NCBI GenBank assembly: GCA_963771075.1
Contig: CAVYSE010000018.1
Coordinates: forward strand, 108,551 to 172,550
Source of the DNA: a candidate division FCPU426 bacterium
Lineage (GTDB): Bacteria > Oederibacteriota > Muellerivitia > Muellerivitales > Muellerivitaceae
Direction: 5' to 3'
DNA: 64,000 bases
Below, piece after piece: positions 38,701-46,586 of this stretch; position 1 is the stretch's first letter, and each line of letters starts with the position of its first letter. The notes under the pieces are model-generated. The model ran no database searches. It was not told where the DNA came from and saw only the letters and a program-made list of their open reading frames with translations. Both the position numbers and the translations under genes were made by a program.

Positions 38701-39579
38701 TCTCCCACCATCACCCTGTCGCCGACTGTTACTTTGACACCGACAATAACGCTGACTCGGACGATTACGAATACTTACACCAATACCATCACTCTCACAC
38801 CCACGATTACGCTCACTCGGACGATAACAAATACCTATACCCCCACCCCTACCCTGACCCCGACCATTACGAGCACCCTTTCACTCACGCCGACGATTAC
38901 CACCACTTTTACGCTCACCCCGACGGTCACGAATACATTCACCCACACTCCATCGCTTACGCCAACCGTAACAAATACCGAAACTTACACGATAACGCTT
39001 ACCCCAACCGTCACAACCACCTTTACGAGTACCATCACACTTACTCCCACCGTGACGAATACCATTACCAGTACCATCACTCCTACTCCAACCAATACCA
39101 GCTCAATGACCATTACCCCCACCCTTACGAATACCCCGACTGAATCCTTCACCCCAACCTTGACGAGTACCTCCACCCAAACAGCCACCCTTACCTTTAG
39201 CCCCACCGTCACCCACTCCCCGACCATCACGAACACGCCGACCCTAACGCTTTCTCCGACCCCAACAGGAAGTCCCACCAATACACCAACTCCGAATATG
39301 GCGATGTACCTGTCGGATAATTATTTCAACCCGGCGGCGGGCGCAACCCTGGGGATCGACGTTCTCATTACGCAAAGCGGGGAAGTGAAGATCATGGTTT
39401 ATAACCTGTTGGGAGAAGAGGTGGTCAAGCTGGTAGACCAGAATCTCAATGTAGGAAGTTACCATTTCACCTGGGACGGGCGTAATCGTTCGCAAGATCT
39501 GGTTGGGAATGGTGTTTATTTGGTGCTAATAGAACAGGCTTCCGGGAATTTCATCCGAAAAGTCATCGTCTTGAAATAA
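35749..39579 (+). CDS. Large secreted protein with four related beta-sandwich-like modules (DUF4082-like pattern), two Thr/Pro-rich linkers and a FlgD-Ig/T9SS-like C-terminal domain.
   Basis: TTG start with GAGGAGAG 4 nt upstream, and a signal peptide (LFISALLAIPLSFF). Modules are marked by YRFTIPG..VTAIYLN..GGTVYQLVVDG, GQVFNTG..VDRLGVYAN..HNYEVLLTS, GMRFTAN..ISAVQVYMY..GGTYNLVVEWDG and AQRFRVL..IASVAAFVQ..PGTYRLVLKS. The C-terminal domain reads KIMVYNLLGEEVVKLVDQ..YHFTWDGRNRSQDLVGNGVYLVLIE..IRKVIVLK. Confidence 0.8.
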   Translation: MGHQFLSNRMGKKNYSLFISALLAIPLSFFPSDLHSQTYIGNQSVVDSTYFNGVQSSLLPAISYRFTIPGTNTLPVTAIYLNAASNYTSASSSGNYVISVQNDSSGFPGATTIVGPVTVTFPPSGGPVSFDWYEIDVPQASVSGGTVYQLVVDGSGITTNKFMDFTSGSLPDLKIIPLNQVPDPNCDSVTFSGSVWNSQAEMPVFVLQFNSNATPDFGNPYDNYDPANYADATDSTGQVFNTGGSNLFVDRLGVYANRLTNPADNLYGSVYDLTAHVTVGAVTILESNVNTFNAWAEANFSPPLSLNGAHNYEVLLTSPGSASATDFYYFPAPFHGGTFDDLTYGSTQSYAEYNSNYPTPIMTPEPFEDLGFRFRVFMTLTPSVTPTLTPTPTLTSTSTPTTTPTVTATPTVTYAPFNGSIFYFTNGDSTNPGPPVQVFSNSAPASLVTVNISSAGNSTASPLGAWVSEPLNGPTIPAGNWDFALYGYADTAGANVYYDVKVYDYSLSGPTTTLLFESVSPIQISTSPNTLVEWFASQPSYTLGVRDKIFVQVSVNNTSATTSNAFFQYGGNPDYSRITAPGYGTGAADKFGNRSIIGGPVTFGLDANAKRVGMRFTANTTGSISAVQVYMYSLLGVPGYKVSLQGDSAGIPDGYLTSPTSFTPISGWNNISLSTSVPVTAGGTYNLVVEWDGLSVLSSNNAILLSGTSPDHGYIPVSQTFSGVLGTVQDMGLGGGWSPLSVMPVFLVDLNGAWFGNPLVNSGGSSIVGTNYLAQRFRVLSTPLTIASVAAFVQEVGGTPPLDSLYWEIRDTTTNTVQPGGSGTLATNNQVTTTANWIGGAIPTLILAPGTYRLVLKSPQSSGGNYYFWPAQGPMSTVSPYTDTTYDGVNSYSEISSDGGNTFGTISPSLNYDFGFDFVPGTSTLATYTPSVTPTSTATQTPSITSTPTPTLTNTITLSPTITNTFTITPTLSNTTTLTPTITLSPTITLSPTVTLTPTITLTRTITNTYTNTITLTPTITLTRTITNTYTPTPTLTPTITSTLSLTPTITTTFTLTPTVTNTFTHTPSLTPTVTNTETYTITLTPTVTTTFTSTITLTPTVTNTITSTITPTPTNTSSMTITPTLTNTPTESFTPTLTSTSTQTATLTFSPTVTHSPTITNTPTLTLSPTPTGSPTNTPTPNMAMYLSDNYFNPAAGATLGIDVLITQSGEVKIMVYNLLGEEVVKLVDQNLNVGSYHFTWDGRNRSQDLVGNGVYLVLIEQASGNFIRKVIVLK

Positions 39580-39679
39580 TGCCGGGTTTGAAGACCCATT
39601 TCAGGGTTTTTCTTTTTCAGGGTTCCATCCTGCTCCAATGGCTATAATCCTTTTAATTTCCATCGTGTCAGGGGGTTTT

Positions 39680-40552
39680 ATGCGCAGTATGACGGGTTTT
39701 GGCCGGGGTACAGGGCAGGGCAAGACGGTACAGGTAGTGGCAGAGATCAAGACCGTAAATCACAAATACCATGACCTTTCCTTGAAGGTGCCCCTCTCCT
39801 ATCAATTTCTCGAACCCGAAATGAGGGAACTTATCCTTGCCTCCGTGACCCGCGGTAAGGTTGATTTTTTCCTGAAAGACTTGTCTCCCAACCGTTCCCG
39901 AACGGTTGAGGTCAATGAACCCCTTTTAACCCAATATCTTCAGGCGGCCCAGAAGGCGGCCAAAAAACATAAATTGAAGGGGGACCTTTCCGTGGAAGCC
40001 TTGCTGAGGCTGCCGGATGTCTTGAGCGTCACAGAATCAGACCGGCAGGAAGCCGACCAGAAGAAAGCGGCGTTGGAATCGGTCGGGGAAGCGCTGAAAG
40101 CTTTGGAAAAAATGAGACTCGCTGAAGGATCTAGACTGTCCAAGGATATTCTGGAAAGGGCCAAGGATATCTCCGCGACCATCCAATTGCTGCGGGCCCG
40201 GCATAAGATCCTTGTCGCGGATAAAATCAAGCTTTTCAAGGAAAAGATCGCTGAATTCCTTCCCGAACCCCTCGTGGATCAGACCCGGGTTGCAACCGAG
40301 GAAGCGGTTCTGCTTCAACGCTTTGACATCTCAGAGGAAATGACCCGTTTGGAAAGCCACTTGACCGCCCTGCAGGAAACGCTGAAGGAAAAAGGGAGTG
40401 TGGGGCGCAAATTGGATTTTCTAATCCAGGAAATGAACCGGGAAACTAACACCATCGGCTCCAAATCCGCCGACGCCAAAATGGCCCAGGGGGTCGTGCG
40501 GTTGAAGGAATTGTTGGAACAGATCCGGGAACAGATCCAAAACATCGAGTAG
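39680..40552 (+). CDS. yicC: YicC/YloC-family protein.
   Basis: MRSMTGFGRG start, DISEEMTRLESHL and GRKLDFLIQEMNRETNTIGSKS. It is followed by gmk and rpoZ, as is common. Confidence 0.88.
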   Translation: MRSMTGFGRGTGQGKTVQVVAEIKTVNHKYHDLSLKVPLSYQFLEPEMRELILASVTRGKVDFFLKDLSPNRSRTVEVNEPLLTQYLQAAQKAAKKHKLKGDLSVEALLRLPDVLSVTESDRQEADQKKAALESVGEALKALEKMRLAEGSRLSKDILERAKDISATIQLLRARHKILVADKIKLFKEKIAEFLPEPLVDQTRVATEEAVLLQRFDISEEMTRLESHLTALQETLKEKGSVGRKLDFLIQEMNRETNTIGSKSADAKMAQGVVRLKELLEQIREQIQNIE

Positions 40553-40700
40553 AAGCTGCTTGCGCAGTTCATGAAAAATTGGGCCCAACAAACTTTTGGA
40601 AATGCGTTTGGGCTTTTTATCAAACTTTAATAAGGTCTTGTAATAATACGGAATAGAAAGTTTGGCTTTGTGAAATTTGTGTTCTTTGGGGTGAAGGTTC

Positions 40701-41297
40701 ATGGTTAAAAAAGGACTCGTGATTGTTCTTTCCGCGCCCTCGGGTGGCGGGAAGACCACCCTGGCGGAGCGTCTTCTCAAACAGGAAAAAAATCTCATCC
40801 GTTCGATTTCGTGCACCACCCGAAAACCCAGGCCAGGCGAGAAAAGCGGAAAAGCCTATTTTTTTGTATCCGAAAAGAGGTTCCGGTCCGAGATGAAAAA
40901 AAACGGATTCCTGGAATGGGCGAAGGTCCACGGCCACTATTACGGAACTCCCAAACGATGGGTCGGCCAACAACTCCGAAGAGGCAAGGATGTCCTATTC
41001 GTCATTGATGTCCAGGGAGGGGCTGCGCTTAAACGCCAGGATGCGGGGGCTCTGTTGATCTTTGTGAATCCTCCCACCTTGAGGGCTCTACGGGACCGGT
41101 TGCTCAAACGCGGCGACAACAGCCCCCGAGACCTGGCCCTTCGGTTGAAAAACGCCAAAAGTGAAATAAAACAAGGCCGCCAATATGATTACCGGGTTGT
41201 GAATGACCAAATTCCACGAGCCGTAAGGGAAATCAGGGGTATTTTGCGGCTTGTTCGACAGGCGAGGGCCAGAGTTTGGACGCTAGGGGCTGATTGA
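40701..41297 (+). CDS. gmk: Guanylate kinase.
   Basis: P-loop SAPSGGGKTTL, TTRKPRPGEKSGKAYFFV and YYGT. Confidence 0.92.
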   Translation: MVKKGLVIVLSAPSGGGKTTLAERLLKQEKNLIRSISCTTRKPRPGEKSGKAYFFVSEKRFRSEMKKNGFLEWAKVHGHYYGTPKRWVGQQLRRGKDVLFVIDVQGGAALKRQDAGALLIFVNPPTLRALRDRLLKRGDNSPRDLALRLKNAKSEIKQGRQYDYRVVNDQIPRAVREIRGILRLVRQARARVWTLGAD

Positions 41298-41398
41298 TTA
41301 CCTGGAAAGACGGGCCCTTTTTATACATTTTTCGCCCTTTTTCAGTATAATTCCATCCCTTGGCGGCAATGGAGCCGCCTTAAAACGCTGGAGGTCGC

Positions 41399-41641
41399 AT
41401 GGCAATCACGACGGATGACAAGCTTAATTCGACTTTTGTGAATCCCGAAAACAAGTACCTTTCGGTTTTGGCCGCCTCGAAAAGAGCCCGCCAATTGCTG
41501 GACAAGGCCGAGAAGCACAACCTGACCGTGGACACGGAAAAAGTCATTTTGCAGGCCTTAATGGAGTTCCGCGAGGGAAAGGTGCAATTCACCTTCTCCG
41601 ACGCGCCCGTTAAAAAGAAGAAAGATAAAGAAAAGGATTAA
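41399..41641 (+). CDS. rpoZ: DNA-directed RNA polymerase subunit omega.
   Basis: NKYLSVLAASKRARQL core, small size, and a position between gmk and coaBC. Confidence 0.8.
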   Translation: MAITTDDKLNSTFVNPENKYLSVLAASKRARQLLDKAEKHNLTVDTEKVILQALMEFREGKVQFTFSDAPVKKKKDKEKD

Positions 41642-41650
41642 AAGCGGCTT

Positions 41651-41686
41651 CCCCGGCCAGTGGTTGGCTAGCGGTTGCCGGCTGAA
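41651..41686. repeat. Post-stop-codon short repeat, family 2, copy 4 (most divergent).
   Basis: ccccggccagtggttggctagcggttgccggctgaa resembles tagctaacggccaaccgctgagg of copy 2. Confidence 0.25.
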
Positions 41687-41692
41687 ACGAGG

Positions 41693-42949
41693 ATGACCCA
41701 AGCCATCCGAAAACCCAGGGTACTCCTTGGCGTCACAGGTAGTGTGGCCGCCTACAAGGCCGTGGAACTCATCCAAGCCTTAAAAGTATTCGCGGAAGTC
41801 CGAGTGGTAGCCACCGAAGCGGGAGGGAAGCTGGTGCCCCTCTCAGCCTTAAAAAAAGCGTCCGGTTTCCCGGTTTGGAAAAGTTTGTTCGCCGGCTCAA
41901 CGCCCATTCCTCCCGGCACCCCCAGCGGATCCCATCCCCGCGCCACGGTTCCCCACATTGAATACGCCAAACAGGCGGATTTGATCCTCATTGCCCCCGC
42001 CACGGCCAATTGCATGGCGAAGCTTTCGTTGGGAATAGCGGATGACCTTCTCACTTCGTTGTGCCTATACGCGGAATGCCCCCTTTGGCTCGCGCCAGCC
42101 ATGAACGTCAATATGTGGAACCATCCCGCCACGAGGAAAAATCACCATATCCTTTTGGGAAGAGGCGTTCGATTCCTTGGACCGGATAGGGGTTTCCTGG
42201 CTTGCGGCGACGTGGGGGAAGGGCGGTTCGCGGAACCCCTTGAAATCGCGTCACAGGTGGAAAGTTATTTCAAAAAAAACAAAACCTGGAGGGGTTTAAG
42301 GGTGGTGGTGACCGCCGGGCCCACCCAGGAAGCCCTTGATCCGGTGAGGGTTTTGACGAATCATTCCAGCGGGAAGATGGGGTACGCCCTGGCCCAGGCC
42401 GCCCTGAACCGGGGAGCGGAAGTGACCCTGCTGCATGGTCCGGTCTCCCTGGCCCCCCTGACAAGGGCGAAGATGGTCCCGGTGACCACCGCCCTGGAAT
42501 TGCGTGCCGAGGTTTTAAAAGCCTTGCCGCACACAGACCTTCTCATTATGGCGGCGGCCGTAGCGGATTACCGTCCGGCCCAACCATCCCGGAACAAGAT
42601 TAAAAAATCAAAATCCAGGTTGAGTCTCCGTTTGGTAAAAAATCCGGATATCTTGGGGGAGGTATTAAAGCGCCGGGGTCCACGACAGGTGATCGTGGGG
42701 TTCGCCGCCGAAACCGACCATTTGCGCTCGAAAGCCGAAAAAAAGTGGAATCATAAGCCCTGTGATATCCTGGCGGCCAACCGTGTGGGCAAGGGTCGCG
42801 TTTTCGGGACCGATCAAAATGAGTTGTTGGTTTTTTCAAGATTGTCCTCCAAGCCCACTCCGATAGGGCCCGCTACCAAAGCCACCATCGCCGAGAAGTT
42901 GTTGGAATTAACCGAGCCGTTATTAAAATCTGTTCATTTAAAAGGCTGA
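41693..42949 (+). CDS. coaBC: Bifunctional phosphopantothenoylcysteine decarboxylase / phosphopantothenate--cysteine ligase.
   Basis: VLLGVTGSVAAYKA, IAPATANCMAKLSLGIADDLL, VTAGPTQEALDPVRVLTNHSSGKMG and AAAVADYRP. An alternative TTG start is at 41675. Confidence 0.9.
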   Translation: MTQAIRKPRVLLGVTGSVAAYKAVELIQALKVFAEVRVVATEAGGKLVPLSALKKASGFPVWKSLFAGSTPIPPGTPSGSHPRATVPHIEYAKQADLILIAPATANCMAKLSLGIADDLLTSLCLYAECPLWLAPAMNVNMWNHPATRKNHHILLGRGVRFLGPDRGFLACGDVGEGRFAEPLEIASQVESYFKKNKTWRGLRVVVTAGPTQEALDPVRVLTNHSSGKMGYALAQAALNRGAEVTLLHGPVSLAPLTRAKMVPVTTALELRAEVLKALPHTDLLIMAAAVADYRPAQPSRNKIKKSKSRLSLRLVKNPDILGEVLKRRGPRQVIVGFAAETDHLRSKAEKKWNHKPCDILAANRVGKGRVFGTDQNELLVFSRLSSKPTPIGPATKATIAEKLLELTEPLLKSVHLKG

Positions 42950-42951
42950 AT

Positions 42952-44625
42952 ATGAAAATTTGGATTTATCTCATCGCGTTCCTTTTGACGAGTTTGACCT
43001 ACGGACAAAATGGACAAGTTCCAACCACCCAGGGAAAACCGCTTTTCGTACCCGGCGAAGTCCTGGTCCGTCTCAAGGAGAATACGGCAGGTGCGGATAA
43101 AGCCCGCCTATTGGGGGCAAAAGCCCATGCCGCCCCATCGGAACTCAAGGGGGTCTACCGTCTTGAATTGGAGGCGGGGGAAGATGTCCAAGCCCGCGTG
43201 GAAGAATTAAAAAAAGATCCGGCGGTGGACCTGGTCCAACCCAATTATTGCTATTACGCCTCATCCGCTCCCGCCTCCTGCAGCCCGAACGTCCTTAATT
43301 TCGCTACGCCAGAATATTGGCCCTTGACGATCATTCAAGCTCCCCAAGCATGGGCGACGATCAACGGAAGCTGCTCGCCCCTTTTACTAGGCGCCGGTGT
43401 GACCGTGGCGGTGTTGGATACGGGAGTTTCGGTGACCCATCCAGGTTTGACGGGAGTCAGCGTTTCAGGGTCAGTGACGAACAGTGTTTCCGGGGGTATC
43501 AATACCGCCGATGATTACGGCCATGGAACCTACGTCGCGGGTATCCTGGCCGGTCAATGGAACGCCAATGGGATGGCGGGATTGGCTCCCGGCATTACCC
43601 TCATGCCGATCAAGGTATTGGACCATTGCGGTAAGGGTAATTCGGACGAGATCGCCGCGGGAACAATCTTTGCGGTGAACCATGGGGCTCGAGTCCTTAA
43701 TTTTTCACTCGGCGGTCCGGGTCAAGACGACCTGGAACAGGAAGCCATTGACCAGGCCCTTTCCGCCGGTTGCGTGGTGGTGGCGGCGTCGGGAAACGAA
43801 TCAAACCTGCCGGGTACCCTTGCCCCACTGAATTACCCGGCGGCCTATCCCGGTGTGCTTTCCGTGGGAGCCAGTGACGAAAACGACCATGTGGCACCCT
43901 ATTCGAACGGCGGCACTGGGTTAGAAATGGTGGCCCCCGGTGGAACCTATTCGGGATTACCTGCACCTAGCCCGAGTAATTTTTCCTTATTCGCATCCCA
44001 GTTGATTTTCAGCACGATTCTTGACCCGAGCGCTCCTCTCTGCGCGCCCGTGACCCAATCCGATTTTATACTAGACCCGGCAAATCCCTTGTATGGCGTA
44101 GCGGCCGGCACCTCCGCCGCCACTCCTTTTGTTTCCGCTACCGCAGCTTTGTTGTTTTCGGTTCATCCCGACATGACGAATAACCAGGTAGTCAATGCCA
44201 TCGTCAATAACACTGAAAGTCTCAATGGGAATACCGGATGGGACGCTGAAACCGGCTATGGCCGCTTGAATGTCTACCAAGCCCTTCTCAACGCCCAAAA
44301 CTCAACTGGGAAAATCACGCCTTTTCTCAAAACCTTCAACTATCCCAACCCCTTTTATCCTGACATGACGCCCTCCATCACCATCACGGTGCCCCTGGCT
44401 TCGTCCCAGATGGTTGAATTGACCATCAGGGATTCGGGTGGAAAATTGGTTTTTCACGAAATCACCCCGGCCCTTCCGCAATTTAAATCCTTCGGTATCA
44501 CTTGGGACGGGCGGAACTCCACGGGCCAATTGGTCACGACTGGAATATATTTTTATACCGTGACTGCGGGCGGGGTGACGGGCCACAATAAGATCGTCGT
44601 GGTACGCGGAAGCACGAGCCCATGA
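42952..44625 (+). CDS. Secreted S8 (subtilisin-family) serine protease with a FlgD-Ig/T9SS-like C-terminal domain.
   Basis: Signal peptide, an inhibitor-I9-like propeptide (VPGEVLVRLKE...VEELKKDPAVDLVQPN) and the catalytic triad contexts VAVLDTGV, HGTYVAGI and GTSAATPFVSATAALL. The C-terminal domain reads NYPNPFYPD..VELTIRDSGGKLVF..ITWDGRNSTGQLVTTGIYFYTV..NKIVVVR. Confidence 0.88.
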   Translation: MKIWIYLIAFLLTSLTYGQNGQVPTTQGKPLFVPGEVLVRLKENTAGADKARLLGAKAHAAPSELKGVYRLELEAGEDVQARVEELKKDPAVDLVQPNYCYYASSAPASCSPNVLNFATPEYWPLTIIQAPQAWATINGSCSPLLLGAGVTVAVLDTGVSVTHPGLTGVSVSGSVTNSVSGGINTADDYGHGTYVAGILAGQWNANGMAGLAPGITLMPIKVLDHCGKGNSDEIAAGTIFAVNHGARVLNFSLGGPGQDDLEQEAIDQALSAGCVVVAASGNESNLPGTLAPLNYPAAYPGVLSVGASDENDHVAPYSNGGTGLEMVAPGGTYSGLPAPSPSNFSLFASQLIFSTILDPSAPLCAPVTQSDFILDPANPLYGVAAGTSAATPFVSATAALLFSVHPDMTNNQVVNAIVNNTESLNGNTGWDAETGYGRLNVYQALLNAQNSTGKITPFLKTFNYPNPFYPDMTPSITITVPLASSQMVELTIRDSGGKLVFHEITPALPQFKSFGITWDGRNSTGQLVTTGIYFYTVTAGGVTGHNKIVVVRGSTSP

Positions 44626-45617
44626 AAAAGCTTCTTCCGGGTTGGTTTCTAATGTTTTTATTTGCATTTAGGTGTTTTTTACCCTCCGGTGCCTTTGCCT
44701 CGGGGGGCCAACGCCCAAATGCCTATACCGAATATGGCGTAGGGGGGGCGCCGGAAGCCATGGCCGGGGCCGCGGTCGGGTTAAGGAACGATCCGTCTTG
44801 CGGTTTTTGGAACCCGGCGGGTTTAACCGCCGTCAAGAATATTCAAATCGAGGCGCAGAACAGCTTCCTATCCCTCAATCAATCCCTTGATTACTACTCT
44901 TTCAGCGCAAACCTCCAAGACTCGGTCTATTGCGGGTTGTCCCTATTGGCCTATAGCGCCGGAAATGACTTGGAGGTCCGAAATGGAAATTCCATGAACC
45001 CAGACAGCATCCTGAGCGACGCGGAATACACCGGTCTCCTATCAGGCGCATTCCGTTTGAGCCCCCATTGGGCGGGGGGCTTCAATTTGAAACTTCTCCT
45101 GAATAATCTGGGAAACGTTCAAAGTGCGAATGGAACTGGTTTTGGCTTTGACACGGGGCTTCAGTACCGGGTCGATAACGACACGACCATTGGGCTGGTG
45201 GTCCAGGATCCCTATACGGTTTTCACCTATCAAGATTCTTTCTCGACCGTGATTCCCACAACATTCCGGTGGGGGATGAACCGGCGGGAAGAGTCTTTGC
45301 GGGGAAACTGGGCCTTTGACCTGGAATGGAGCCAAGACCTGGGTTTCCAACCGCGCCTTGGGGCCGAATGGTTTCCCTTTGAGGTGCTCGCCTTGCGGGC
45401 TGGAGTTTGGGCGGGAGGCTTGAATTCAGGTGATAACGGAGTCGGCCCGACCCTCAATTTGACTTGCGGTCTCGGGATTTTAATACCGCTTCGAAAATCT
45501 TTTGTCCCTCGGCAATCTGGCGTGGATCAAATTATCATCGATTATTCATTGATTCCCGATCCCCAACAGCCGGGAGCGGTCTTGAATCAAATCGCGGCAT
45601 CGGGCAAATTTATGTAA
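44622..45617 (+). CDS. PorV/PorQ/UPF0164-like outer-membrane beta-barrel (barrel only).
   Basis: The ATG overlaps the protease stop (ATGA). Signal peptide, GGAPEAMAGAAVGLRNDPSCGFWNPAGL and alternating beta-strand patterns. The late LALRAGVW and IIIDYSL segments resemble the corresponding parts of the other two barrels. Confidence 0.65.
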   Translation: MKKLLPGWFLMFLFAFRCFLPSGAFASGGQRPNAYTEYGVGGAPEAMAGAAVGLRNDPSCGFWNPAGLTAVKNIQIEAQNSFLSLNQSLDYYSFSANLQDSVYCGLSLLAYSAGNDLEVRNGNSMNPDSILSDAEYTGLLSGAFRLSPHWAGGFNLKLLLNNLGNVQSANGTGFGFDTGLQYRVDNDTTIGLVVQDPYTVFTYQDSFSTVIPTTFRWGMNRREESLRGNWAFDLEWSQDLGFQPRLGAEWFPFEVLALRAGVWAGGLNSGDNGVGPTLNLTCGLGILIPLRKSFVPRQSGVDQIIIDYSLIPDPQQPGAVLNQIAASGKFM

Positions 45618-45621
45618 TCCG

Positions 45622-46491
45622 ATGGTTCTCGGCCGGACATTTTTAATAATGAATTGGAAAAAAGTCATGTCTCAACCAAATTCGTTAAAACAACAATTGG
45701 AAACCTGCCGGAGACTAGGCATCCGGTATTTGTCCATGCCCAAAGAGAACCCTTCCTCCGGAGGCGTCGGGCAATCAGACCGGACGCCCCTGGATCAAGA
45801 AGGCCTCAAAAACCACCCAGCGGTAAAGGCTATCCCGAAACCTGAATTAAATGCCCCCTCTTCCCCGACAAGGCGTTCTTTGAAAATGCTTTCCCGGGAT
45901 TCATGGATGACCCTGAACCAGGACAGCGTGGAGGGGATGGAACTAACCGCGTACGAAGCGGATATCCACGATTGTCAAAACTGCGCCCTTGGTGCGACCC
46001 GAACCCGGTTCGTTTTCGGGAGCGGCAACCCAAAAGCGGAGGTGATGTTTGTGGGGGAGGCTCCAGGGGCGGATGAGGATGCCCAGGGTTTACCCTTTGT
46101 CGGACGAGCTGGACAACTTTTGACCAAGATTATCGAGTCCACTAAAACCTGGAAAAGGGAGGAGGTATTCATTTGCAATGTGTTGAAATGCCGGCCTCCG
46201 GGAAACCGCACTCCCTTGCCGGAGGAAGTCGAGCACTGCAGGCCTTACCTTGAGGAACAGGTCCGCATCATCAAGCCCAAACTGATTATGGCGCTGGGGG
46301 CCAGCGCCGCCCAGGCGCTTTTGTCCACCAAAGAGCCGGTTGGAAAACTTCGTAACCGATGGCATGATTATTCGGGTATTCCACTCAGGGTCACTTACCA
46401 TCCTGCTGCTTTATTAAGGTTTGAGGGATATAAGAAGGATGTTTGGGCTGATATGAAGGAATTTTCAACGAAATACGGGTTAATTAAATGA
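45622..46491 (+). CDS. Uracil-DNA glycosylase, family 4, with an N-terminal extension of about 100 aa.
   Basis: [62 protein letters not shown] and TYHPAALLR. Confidence 0.88.
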   Translation: MVLGRTFLIMNWKKVMSQPNSLKQQLETCRRLGIRYLSMPKENPSSGGVGQSDRTPLDQEGLKNHPAVKAIPKPELNAPSSPTRRSLKMLSRDSWMTLNQDSVEGMELTAYEADIHDCQNCALGATRTRFVFGSGNPKAEVMFVGEAPGADEDAQGLPFVGRAGQLLTKIIESTKTWKREEVFICNVLKCRPPGNRTPLPEEVEHCRPYLEEQVRIIKPKLIMALGASAAQALLSTKEPVGKLRNRWHDYSGIPLRVTYHPAALLRFEGYKKDVWADMKEFSTKYGLIK

Positions 46492-46586
46492 AAATAAGAG
46501 CTTCAAGGGGAATTATTGTTTGCCGTTAAACCTGTATAATCCGGTGAAAATAAATTCCCCATTCTTCTAATGAACGGTAAGTCTCA

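Noticed and set aside
46535-46540. A perfect TATAAT hexamer ~47 nt upstream of the giant adhesin start, as a candidate promoter.
   Set aside because: No convincing -35 element lies at 16-18 nt (best candidates ttattg/attatt), and the TG is not in the canonical extended -10 register. The evidence is too weak to call.
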